A stretch of DNA of 25,218 bases from Oculatellaceae cyanobacterium bins.114 (GTDB lineage: Bacteria > Cyanobacteriota > Cyanobacteriia > Elainellales > Elainellaceae): NCBI GenBank assembly GCA_033764315.1, contig JANRJA010000068.1:1-25218 (forward strand), in the 5' to 3' direction. Below are positions 17,176 to 25,218 of the stretch, piece after piece. How positions within the stretch are numbered: the first letter of the stretch is position 1; every line of letters begins with the position of its first letter. The notes beneath the pieces were generated by a model. That model had not been told where the DNA came from. It saw only the letters and a list, made by a program, of their open reading frames with translations, and did not search any database. The translations under genes and the position numbers were made by a program.

Positions 17176-18558
17176 CTATCTCGCTCCAAAACCCGCTTTT
17201 TTCGCTTTCTCTTTGCCTTTAGGCTTCGACTTGTTAACCTCTTTGACCGCTTCCTCAAACAGAGTATGCAGATGTAGAGGAACACTGGCACTTTCGGGCA
17301 ACTCTGGCTCCAAAGGCTTACCAGAGTCATGCAAAAGAGACGCTAAATCTTGCTCTAACTCAAAGTCAGGGCGTTTGAGAACAGTTTGCAGCAATTGTTC
17401 TAATGCCTCTGGATAATGTTGAGCCAACCGTTGCCACACAAAGGGTGTAATTGTTGGTTCATCTAAATAATGTCTCACCAACGGTTCTGCATTAGCCGCT
17501 GTTTGTCCAGTCTCACTCGCAAGAACTGCCTTAAATTTTTCATAGTTGGGCAATATAATTTGTCCCCAACGAGGATGGGTTAACACCGTAACCTGCTCAG
17601 CCTTCTTAAGATGGTCAGGCAACTGAATAGTTGGCACCACCATCTTGTTTGACCCTGGGTCAGAGCTATTTTTAGAACCTCTTTGTTGCAATGCCTGAGC
17701 CAGATCTTGAGCATCAACGCCTGCCGACTGAGCAACTTCATTAAGATCGGCATTATCTAGATCGACCTCATCTAAATCGACATCGACCAACAAATCACCT
17801 AGCGAGGTTGGCTCCTCTAATCCTGCTTCGGCAAATTGCCGCTTCAGCATAAACTCCCGAAATTCGTCCATTTTTTTGTTCAGTTGGTGCCCTGGCAACG
17901 TCACCTCATCACCCCCAAAGAAATCAACAAAGGCTTGATGATATCTCTCAACCGATCGCCACGCTTCTTCTAACAAGTCTGGAGCATCTGCATAGAGAAA
18001 GGGTTTATGGTGCTCTTTAAAGTTGCCGATCGCCACTGCCAGTTTGGGTTTCCCTAGTTTGCCCAACAACGAAAACGTCGTAGAAAACATCCAAATAGGT
18101 GCTTCGGTTGAGGCATCCGTAATTGGGGCAAGGCGAGCTAGCACAATTTCACCTGGTTTGAGCCGTGCTGTCAGATCTGCTGTGGCTTGGGCCTGACTCA
18201 ACTGAACAGGGTAATGTTTAGCCGTGAGCCAATTCATTAGCTCAATGCTATCGGGTGAAACTGTCTCAACTACAAACAAGCCAGTAAAAGTCTGTTGCCA
18301 CTGCTGCAAGAGTTGGCGATCGCGATCGGTTAAGGTGGCGGATTGATCAGCTTCAAACAAATCAAGCGGGGTTTTGTCTCCAATCCGTCCTTCTATCAAA
18401 AACGTGTCCACAATTAAATCTTGAGGAACGTTACCTCGCTTTAAATAATCCGCTACATATGTTTCTAGTGCCTCGGCTAATTCCCCTTCTGCATCGAATA
18501 CAAAATCAGTCACGCTCTGTTTTAACGCCCACGCTCGCTCTAAAATTGCCTCAACCAT
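17176..18558 (-). CDS. Conserved-looking hypothetical protein
   Basis: 460-aa ORF with typical composition and a basic C-terminal tail ending KKAGFG; no function recognised. Confidence 0.85.
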   Translation of the reverse strand: MVEAILERAWALKQSVTDFVFDAEGELAEALETYVADYLKRGNVPQDLIVDTFLIEGRIGDKTPLDLFEADQSATLTDRDRQLLQQWQQTFTGLFVVETVSPDSIELMNWLTAKHYPVQLSQAQATADLTARLKPGEIVLARLAPITDASTEAPIWMFSTTFSLLGKLGKPKLAVAIGNFKEHHKPFLYADAPDLLEEAWRSVERYHQAFVDFFGGDEVTLPGHQLNKKMDEFREFMLKRQFAEAGLEEPTSLGDLLVDVDLDEVDLDNADLNEVAQSAGVDAQDLAQALQQRGSKNSSDPGSNKMVVPTIQLPDHLKKAEQVTVLTHPRWGQIILPNYEKFKAVLASETGQTAANAEPLVRHYLDEPTITPFVWQRLAQHYPEALEQLLQTVLKRPDFELEQDLASLLHDSGKPLEPELPESASVPLHLHTLFEEAVKEVNKSKPKGKEKAKKAGFGAR

Positions 18559-18905
18559 AGGGAATTGCTTACTTAAAAGGGTTCGTCATCTTAATGTGAA
18601 TGAGCAAAGACTAATTTTTGAGTCTTTTATTCACACCTATTAAACCCTTCCAAGCTTTATTTACTGATGCCCCCAAAGATAGAGAGGGATAGCTCCAAAG
18701 TAGGACTGCGTGTACTGAGTCCCGATCACCGTAGTCATACGGATAAAAAAATCAGAGTTTCCACGCCTTCTAAGTTTCTAATTTCACCGATGTTGATTCA
18801 CATCGCAGACTATTAAGATCTGGTAACAATCAGATCGATGCATTACATCGACCCAAGTCTATACTCTCACCAATTATTAAACCTCACTCAATTCGACCTC
18901 TGACC

Positions 18906-18960
18906 ATAGTTCAACAAATATAGTCCAACGAATATAGTCCAACGAATATAGTCAGCGAAT
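18906..18960. repeat. 14-bp tandem repeat ATAGTCCAACGAAT, about 4 copies
   Basis: ATAGTTCAACAAAT ATAGTCCAACGAAT ATAGTCCAACGAAT ATAGTCAGCGAAT. Confidence 0.85.
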
Positions 18961-19083
18961 CAGGAAGCACATTTCCACAGCCTCTCTGTTCTCAGTTGGT
19001 CACTCCAATCAGATTGCACACTCTACTCTTGCAACACAGCCGCCCCATTGATTCCGTAATCAGAGAACTGTTAGAACCGAATC

Positions 19084-19431
19084 ATGAAACTCTCTCCATT
19101 TACCAGTTACTACATCTGCAAGCTCCTGCGGCGCAACATCGATCATCTCAAATGGGTTGTGGCACCCGGTGCAGGGCTTCAGGCAGAACCGTGGGGCAAT
19201 TTAGATGCCGTTTTAAATAGCCTCTACTTAGAAGATCTAGACCTAGCGATCGCAATTGAGCGGCTAGAGTGGCTGGCAAATTATCACCGTAATTTAGCAG
19301 AGCAAACGCTACAGTTTACGCCTACGATTGCAACTGAGATAAACGACACCGAAGTCACCATCTTTTGGCTCCTTGGGTTTAAAGTAAAGCCAAGCTCTGA
19401 ACGCTATTTCTCTCATGCCTTGGCTGGGTGA
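19084..19431 (+). CDS. Hypothetical protein
   Basis: 115-aa ATG-started ORF filling the gap, convergent with the amidohydrolase. Confidence 0.7.
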   Translation: MKLSPFTSYYICKLLRRNIDHLKWVVAPGAGLQAEPWGNLDAVLNSLYLEDLDLAIAIERLEWLANYHRNLAEQTLQFTPTIATEINDTEVTIFWLLGFKVKPSSERYFSHALAG

Positions 19432-19450
19432 GCCTCAGCCAGTGACGTCA

Positions 19451-20686
19451 TCACCCCACAGGAGAACTGCTCCGCACCGCACAATATCGCTCAACGCATC
19501 GCACAAAAATTTCGACCCCAATTCCTAATGCAATCTCATCAAAATCAAAGCGGGGATGATGATGAGGAAAGTCTAATCCTTTAGTAGCGTTCGCTGATCC
19601 TAAAAAGAAAAAGCATCCCGGAACCTCTTGCAGAAAGAACGACATATCTTCCCCACCCATCGTCTGACACTCAGGAATAATGCCAATGGGAGTTTCGATC
19701 ACATTTTCAACCACTGAGCGCACGAGATTGGTGATTGCCTCATCGTTGATCACAGGAGGATAAAGCTTACGATAATTCAATTCATACCCAGCTCCATAGG
19801 TCTGACAAATGCCAGCCACAATCTCTTCAAACCGTTGGTTAAAGAAGTTAGTCAGCGTCGGATCAAAATAGCGCACAGTTCCACTGAGTTCAGCCGTATC
19901 TGCAATGACATTGAGAGCCGCACCTGCATGAAACTTGCCAACCGTCACAACACCCGATTTCAACGGATCAAGGTTGCGAGAAACGATTGTTTGCAACGCA
20001 TTCACAATTTGAGCACCCACCACAATCGAGTCGATCGTTTGATGGGGCATAGCTCCATGCCCACCCTTGCCTCGAATCACGCAATCAAACAATTCGACTG
20101 CTGCCATCATGGCTCCCGTACGAACCCCAACAGTGCCGACAGGCAGGTTATTCCACAGGTGCAACCCAATAATGGCATCCACGTCGGGATTGCGGAGTGC
20201 CCCTGCTTCGATCATGGGCTTGGCTCCACCAGGTCCTTCTTCAGCAGGCTGAAAAATAAACTTGACGGTGCCTGCAAACTCTTGTCGATGGTGAGCCAAG
20301 TAGTATGCAGTTCCCAAGGCGATCGCCACATGTCCATCATGTCCACAGGCATGCATCATGCCATCGTGCACTGAACAGTAAGAGACTTGATTTTCTTCCT
20401 GGATAGGCAATGCATCCATGTCAGCACGGATGGCTAACACAGGACCCGGTTGAGAGCCGTGAATGACTGCCACAACTCCTGTCGTGGCGATTCCAGTCTG
20501 ATGCTCAACTCCCCACTCTTGTAACTTACGAGTGATAAATTCAGCGGTGATGTGTTCTCGAAACCCTAACTCAGGATGTTGATGAAGCGATCGCCGCCAT
20601 TGCACTAACCCCGGTTGAAGCGTGCGAATTTCTAGACGAACCTGCGAAAGCTCTGTAGAGAGAGGAGTCAGCGAAGTAAAAACCAT
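19451..20686 (-). CDS. M20D family amidohydrolase (N-acyl-L-amino acid amidohydrolase-like)
   Basis: HPELGFRE, RADMDALP, MHACGHDGH, FQPAEEG, GEDMS, HHHPRFDFDE. Confidence 0.95.
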   Translation of the reverse strand: MVFTSLTPLSTELSQVRLEIRTLQPGLVQWRRSLHQHPELGFREHITAEFITRKLQEWGVEHQTGIATTGVVAVIHGSQPGPVLAIRADMDALPIQEENQVSYCSVHDGMMHACGHDGHVAIALGTAYYLAHHRQEFAGTVKFIFQPAEEGPGGAKPMIEAGALRNPDVDAIIGLHLWNNLPVGTVGVRTGAMMAAVELFDCVIRGKGGHGAMPHQTIDSIVVGAQIVNALQTIVSRNLDPLKSGVVTVGKFHAGAALNVIADTAELSGTVRYFDPTLTNFFNQRFEEIVAGICQTYGAGYELNYRKLYPPVINDEAITNLVRSVVENVIETPIGIIPECQTMGGEDMSFFLQEVPGCFFFLGSANATKGLDFPHHHPRFDFDEIALGIGVEIFVRCVERYCAVRSSSPVG

Positions 20687-20934
20687 TGCCTGTTAAATTG
20701 GATTTTTCGCTAAAGGTACGGGTAACCCTGAGGGCGGGGTCAGACCCATCTTTACTGATTGTGACACTTGCCCCTTGAATTTTCCAATCCAAGGAATTCT
20801 CGATATTTATCGATGATCTGTTGTGTTTTCAGTGCAAACTTGACTTTGCAAGAATTACGGTCGTTAACCCCCGTTTGGGTGTTGTTATTCTTTCTTGAGA
20901 AGACAGCCTTCTACCGTGTGATTTCTGTATCAAT

Positions 20935-20950
20935 TGTATTAGCCAGTACA
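20935..20950. promoter_or_regulatory. Candidate NtcA site TGTA-N8-TACA
   Basis: TGTATTAGCCAGTACA, about 250 bp upstream of the amidohydrolase; no perfectly spaced -10 box. Confidence 0.4.
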
Positions 20951-21626
20951 ATTCACCCCATCACCCAACCTTGGTACTCTTGATAGTAAGAGCGACCATC
21001 GGCCTTTGAGTATCTGTCTTGAGCGAGATCGTTGAGTCCTCTCTATAGAAATTGGGGCTTTATGAACGCGAGCGGCGATCGCCAAAATGAAGCTGAGAGC
21101 ATTTTCTAGCCAGTACATATTCCCTTCACTGCCATCCTGATTGCTCAGGATGAAATGTCAACATGTCTCAATACTGCAAATGAAACTGTGAATGAATGTA
21201 TCTCTCTATTGCACCCAACAAGTTGGTTAGGAACGCGAATTAAATAGCATCGATTTTTTCGTTAAACTGACTTCTCCCCCTGCCCCTCTGCGAGTCAGAG
21301 AGGGGATCTGTAAGCGGGGTAAGGTTTCTGAAGTTATTTCATCTACGATCCTTAGACAAGGTACAGAAGTTCCACCCCTAGTGGGTTAACCATCCCTATA
21401 TCACGCGTTCAATTTTGCTACGACAAACTCCACACAGCCCATAGCAGGTTGTTAGTGCCTCCTCATAGGTATGGATGTGACCAATAAATAACGAACTTGA
21501 CAGCAAACAGTTGGACAGGGGGTCAATAAAACGCTAGTGCCTGATGCCATTCAAGCTTGAGGAGCATGAATTATAGGCAAGCTTTTCATATCGTTAAGAC
21601 GACAATTGGGTAAAATCTTATACCCA

Positions 21627-22325
21627 TCATCCTGGCAGTGGCAACGGTAATATCCTTTCTACATCTAAACTTGACGTAATTTGAGCCAGCTTAGAGACAT
21701 CAGCCAAATCAGCAACATAGGGTACACACCCTAACACGGGTTTTCGGGTCAACGATTGAATGATGGCAGGCGATACCCAATCCATAATGTTTTCTTCAGT
21801 GCAGGGTTGCACACAATTCAGCACAATACCTTTGAGATAGGCTTTGCTTTGTTGAGCCAACGCTACCTGTGCTACAGCGTGAGCGATCGCCCCAGGTTGC
21901 ACAGGCACCACTAAAACAATAGGAATGCGCCAATCCCACGCTAGATCTGCCATTGTGGTTTCAGCTGTGATGGGTGTTCCGAAGCCACCTAACCCTTCCA
22001 CCAAAACAAAGTCTCGGCTTTGACACAGGGTTTCAAAAACACGCCAAACCTTGTCTAATTTGATCTTTTGCCCTGATTGCGCAGCGGCAATAGGAGGCAC
22101 CAGAGACGAGTCAAAGTGCAAGGGGGTGATTTCGTCAGGGGTTTGACCTAAGGTGAGTTGTTGGGCATATCGATCGCGATCGCCACCTCCCACACTCGCA
22201 TCAATGGGTTTCATCACCCCCAAGCGTCGGGGGACACAATAGGTTTGCCAGTAGGCAGCCAAAGCCATCGTTAAGACAGTTTTTCCAACGCAGGCATCGG
22301 TGCCCGCAATCAACAGTGCATTCAA
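21627..22325 (-). CDS. bioD: Dethiobiotin synthetase
   Basis: GTD..VGKT P-loop, KP motif, LVEGLGG, GAIAHA, GIVLN; TTG start 8 bp after the kinase stop. Confidence 0.88.
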   Translation of the reverse strand: MNALLIAGTDACVGKTVLTMALAAYWQTYCVPRRLGVMKPIDASVGGGDRDRYAQQLTLGQTPDEITPLHFDSSLVPPIAAAQSGQKIKLDKVWRVFETLCQSRDFVLVEGLGGFGTPITAETTMADLAWDWRIPIVLVVPVQPGAIAHAVAQVALAQQSKAYLKGIVLNCVQPCTEENIMDWVSPAIIQSLTRKPVLGCVPYVADLADVSKLAQITSSLDVERILPLPLPG

Positions 22326-22332
22326 AATAAAC

Positions 22333-24216
22333 CTACTGGCTATCGGTAACGCTGACTTTCAAGGTAAAGTTTACCTCTTGATTACCCAGCACATCAATGG
22401 CGTAATCTCCGCTTTCAGATAGTTGCGCTTGCCAAAAGACAACCCCTGACGCATCTTCTATCAGTTGCCCATTGGGGTAATAGATGTTTAGTGACCCTGC
22501 CCCTTCGGTCAACTCAACATTCAAAACTTGACCCGCGCGGGCATTAACCAAATATCGCTGCGTCAGTAGATCACTCGCCTGATCTGAGACTTCGGTCTGA
22601 GTTTCGCCATTAGGAAAATTGAGCCGCTGGGTATTAATTTCAGGTTCAGGGGGGGGTGTCGGAGTCGGAGTCGGGGTGGGTGAGAGTTCAGGAGCCTCTA
22701 AACTCAAGTTCAGCTTGTAATTGCTCTGGTTAACCCCTTGCACCGGACTCAACTGAATGTAATAGTCTCCATTGAAATTGAGAGACCCTTGCCAAGCGGG
22801 TACCCGATTCGCGCGATCATCGACCAACTCTCGATTTGGAGCGAGCACCGTCATCAACACCCCCTCACCCTCTAGCGTGGCAGACAAGGTTTCACCTTGC
22901 TCAGCGGAAATGATGTAAGTAATGGTTTCATTGGCTTTGAGACTGCCTTCAGCCGTCGTAGCAGCACCTGGCGCAAGATTTAACCGTTGGCTAAATTGCA
23001 CAGGTTGGGTAGAGGGGGTCGCTGTTGGGCTGGGCGTCACCGAAACAGTTGCGGTTGGGGTTGGTGTCACCACAGGAGTCGGTTGTGACGTGTTGAGAAT
23101 GGCACTCACGACTGCCCAAGCTCCGATACCCGTCACCACCGCTAACCCAATGCCAATGCCAATCACCGCTAAGGGGTTATCCCACATGGACTGATCGGTT
23201 GCCACAGGAATCAACGGGTCAGGATTGCGCGGGTTGCGCCCAGGAGCCGGAACCGGATCGGGACGACGACCCACCGCTAACGTCTGCATTTGGGAGACAT
23301 TGGGGTTGGGTGCACCTGCCCTGGTAGCCGATGGGCCTGGAGGCGCAACCGGAGTGGCAGGAGGCATCGCCACCGGATTGAGCAACGCTTGCAATGCTTG
23401 CGCTACCTCACTCACCGACTGATAGCGATCGCCCGGTCGATAGCTCAACATCCGATTGAGAATTTGAGCAAACCCTGGACTGACATGAGTTAACCGTTGC
23501 CAATTCCAGGTCAGACTAACATCGTCATATAATTCCTGTGGTTCTCGCCCTGTTAACAGCACCACCGCCGTCACCGCCAGAGAATAGAGGTCACTGTTGG
23601 GATAGGCACGTCCGGTTTGCATTTGCTCACTGGGGGCATAACCCAGTTTGCCCACTGTCGTCGCCTGTGTCATGGTTGGGGATGACTGTACCCGCGTGAC
23701 AATCTCTTTAACCACGCCAAAATCAATCAACACTGGCAGTTGGTCTTGTTGCCGCAAGATAATATTGTCGGGGGCGATATCTCGATGAATGATGCCTTTG
23801 CTATGAAAGTGAGATAGCACAGGCAACAGTTGTCGCACCAACAGTAAGATTTCTGCTTCTGAAAACGCCATTCCCTGAAGCTTACGTTCATTCAACAAGG
23901 CGCGGTAGGTTTTACCATCCACAAAATCTTGCACGAGAAAAAGTCGCTGATTTTCCTCAAATGTGGCGCGAAATTGAGGAATTTGTGGATGTTGGATTTG
24001 ATAGAGAATAGCCGCTTCACGTTGAAATAACTCTTTCGACTTCTCTAGGGCATAAGCTCCGATTTGAGTTGGAATAAACTCTTTGAGAGCGCACTTTTCA
24101 TGAAAACGTCCTAAATCTTCTGCTAAGTAGGTACGACCGAAGCCCCCCTGACCCAATATATTGAGCAGACGATAGCGATTTTGTAGAACAGTTCCAGCGG
24201 CAATAGGTGGTTGCAT
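22333..24216 (-). CDS. Membrane Ser/Thr protein kinase with two C-terminal extracytoplasmic (PPC-like) domains
   Basis: LGQGGFG, ALKE, HRDIAPDN, DFG, GYAPSEQ; TM helix; PT-rich linkers; two repeated beta domains (G.Y.I.V). Confidence 0.95.
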   Translation of the reverse strand: MQPPIAAGTVLQNRYRLLNILGQGGFGRTYLAEDLGRFHEKCALKEFIPTQIGAYALEKSKELFQREAAILYQIQHPQIPQFRATFEENQRLFLVQDFVDGKTYRALLNERKLQGMAFSEAEILLLVRQLLPVLSHFHSKGIIHRDIAPDNIILRQQDQLPVLIDFGVVKEIVTRVQSSPTMTQATTVGKLGYAPSEQMQTGRAYPNSDLYSLAVTAVVLLTGREPQELYDDVSLTWNWQRLTHVSPGFAQILNRMLSYRPGDRYQSVSEVAQALQALLNPVAMPPATPVAPPGPSATRAGAPNPNVSQMQTLAVGRRPDPVPAPGRNPRNPDPLIPVATDQSMWDNPLAVIGIGIGLAVVTGIGAWAVVSAILNTSQPTPVVTPTPTATVSVTPSPTATPSTQPVQFSQRLNLAPGAATTAEGSLKANETITYIISAEQGETLSATLEGEGVLMTVLAPNRELVDDRANRVPAWQGSLNFNGDYYIQLSPVQGVNQSNYKLNLSLEAPELSPTPTPTPTPPPEPEINTQRLNFPNGETQTEVSDQASDLLTQRYLVNARAGQVLNVELTEGAGSLNIYYPNGQLIEDASGVVFWQAQLSESGDYAIDVLGNQEVNFTLKVSVTDSQ

Positions 24217-24600
24217 GGCAGATTGAGTCAGCCCTCACAAACAAAACTCTCGATCAGTCTGCATCGTTACAAACCGTAAATCGATATCACCTTAGTGGAA
24301 ACAACGTGTCTTAGCCATAATCCGGTAAGACAGGTCATTCAATCAGGTCATGAGCCTAGTATTGCTCATCAGACAGACACCCCATCATAGCGTTAGCAGC
24401 CCCCTTTAGACGTTTAAGTAAACTAGATAATTTGGGGGGAAGGGTTGCATCAAGCTGAAAATGCCCCTTCTCAAAAATCAGCGATGTCTTGGGCGATCGC
24501 CCCTTTCAAGATCTGGCGATCGCAAGAAACATTAAAAAATTGAGTTGATTATGCTAATTTTTATTAAGATTCTTCACTCACGCCTACGAGGAAATGTGCG

Positions 24601-25083
24601 ATGCCGTTTGAAATCCCAGAGTCTGTCAAAGTTTGGAGCCAGTTTGCTCATCCCCTGATGATGTGGGCATTGTTAGCACTCACCCTCTACGCCCTCTATT
24701 TAGGGGTTCAGATTCGCCGGACTCGCTCTGCCGAAGGAGACCAAAAGAAACAACTGATTCAAGGTCGGTTTAACATCAAACACCACCAGATCGGCTCTAT
24801 TTTATTGACCTTTATGGTTCTAGGCACTCTGGGAGGAATGGCAGTCACCTACATCAACAATGGCAAGCTATTTCTTGGCCCTCACTTACTAGTGGGCTTA
24901 GGCATGACAGGTTTAATTGCGACCTCTGCCTCCCTGACTCCTTTTATGCAAAAAGGGCACAATTGGGCACGCTATAGTCACATTTTTTTGAATGCCGCTC
25001 TAGTCGCATTGTTTGCTTGGCAAGCCGTCAGTGGCATGCAGATTGTGCAGCGGATTGTCGATAAGATTGTGGGTGTTGCTTAG
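24601..25083 (+). CDS. DUF4079-like membrane protein
   Basis: HP.MMW, HHQIG, GPHL and H..LN motifs in four TM helices; SD GAGG upstream. Confidence 0.8.
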   Translation: MPFEIPESVKVWSQFAHPLMMWALLALTLYALYLGVQIRRTRSAEGDQKKQLIQGRFNIKHHQIGSILLTFMVLGTLGGMAVTYINNGKLFLGPHLLVGLGMTGLIATSASLTPFMQKGHNWARYSHIFLNAALVALFAWQAVSGMQIVQRIVDKIVGVA

Positions 25084-25218
25084 AGCCTATCCGAAAACCT
25101 GAATTGCCCTTATAGCAATACATGCAAAAGCAAGGTGGATCATCGCTAGATAGTTTTGTGGTTTCTTCTCCCAACGAATTAATAACCGTCGAAAGCGGTT
25201 CATCCATGAGTGTGTTCG

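Noticed and set aside
20768..20983. 71-aa plus-strand ORF in the intergenic gap
   Set aside because: TTG start with no RBS or motif, and it lies over the probable amidohydrolase promoter.
1220..24523. Very frequent GCGATCGC octamers
   Set aside because: HIP1 is a genome-wide cyanobacterial trait; informative for taxonomy but not a local system.

Overview
Cyanobacterial chromosomal segment; the HIP1 octamer GCGATCGC occurs more than 30 times by eye count. The left ~7.4 kb is accessory-rich. It holds the left end of an IS66-like element that appears to truncate an AT-rich ankyrin gene, and a circularly permuted ATP-grasp / alpha-E / transglutaminase operon behind a canonical NtcA promoter with REP-like repeats inside it. 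It also holds two hypothetical genes and a decayed island at the 3' end of tRNA-Pro(CGG). In that island, two VapBC-type toxin-antitoxin modules are each translationally coupled to a remnant of a type I R-M hsdM 3' end. The right ~18 kb is mostly core genome: valS with an inserted CAAD membrane anchor, a short HmpF-like protein, an ABC1 kinase, recN, a pentapeptide protein, hypotheticals, an M20 amidohydrolase, bioD, a Ser/Thr kinase and a DUF4079-like protein. All family calls come from motif recognition by eye; no searches were run.
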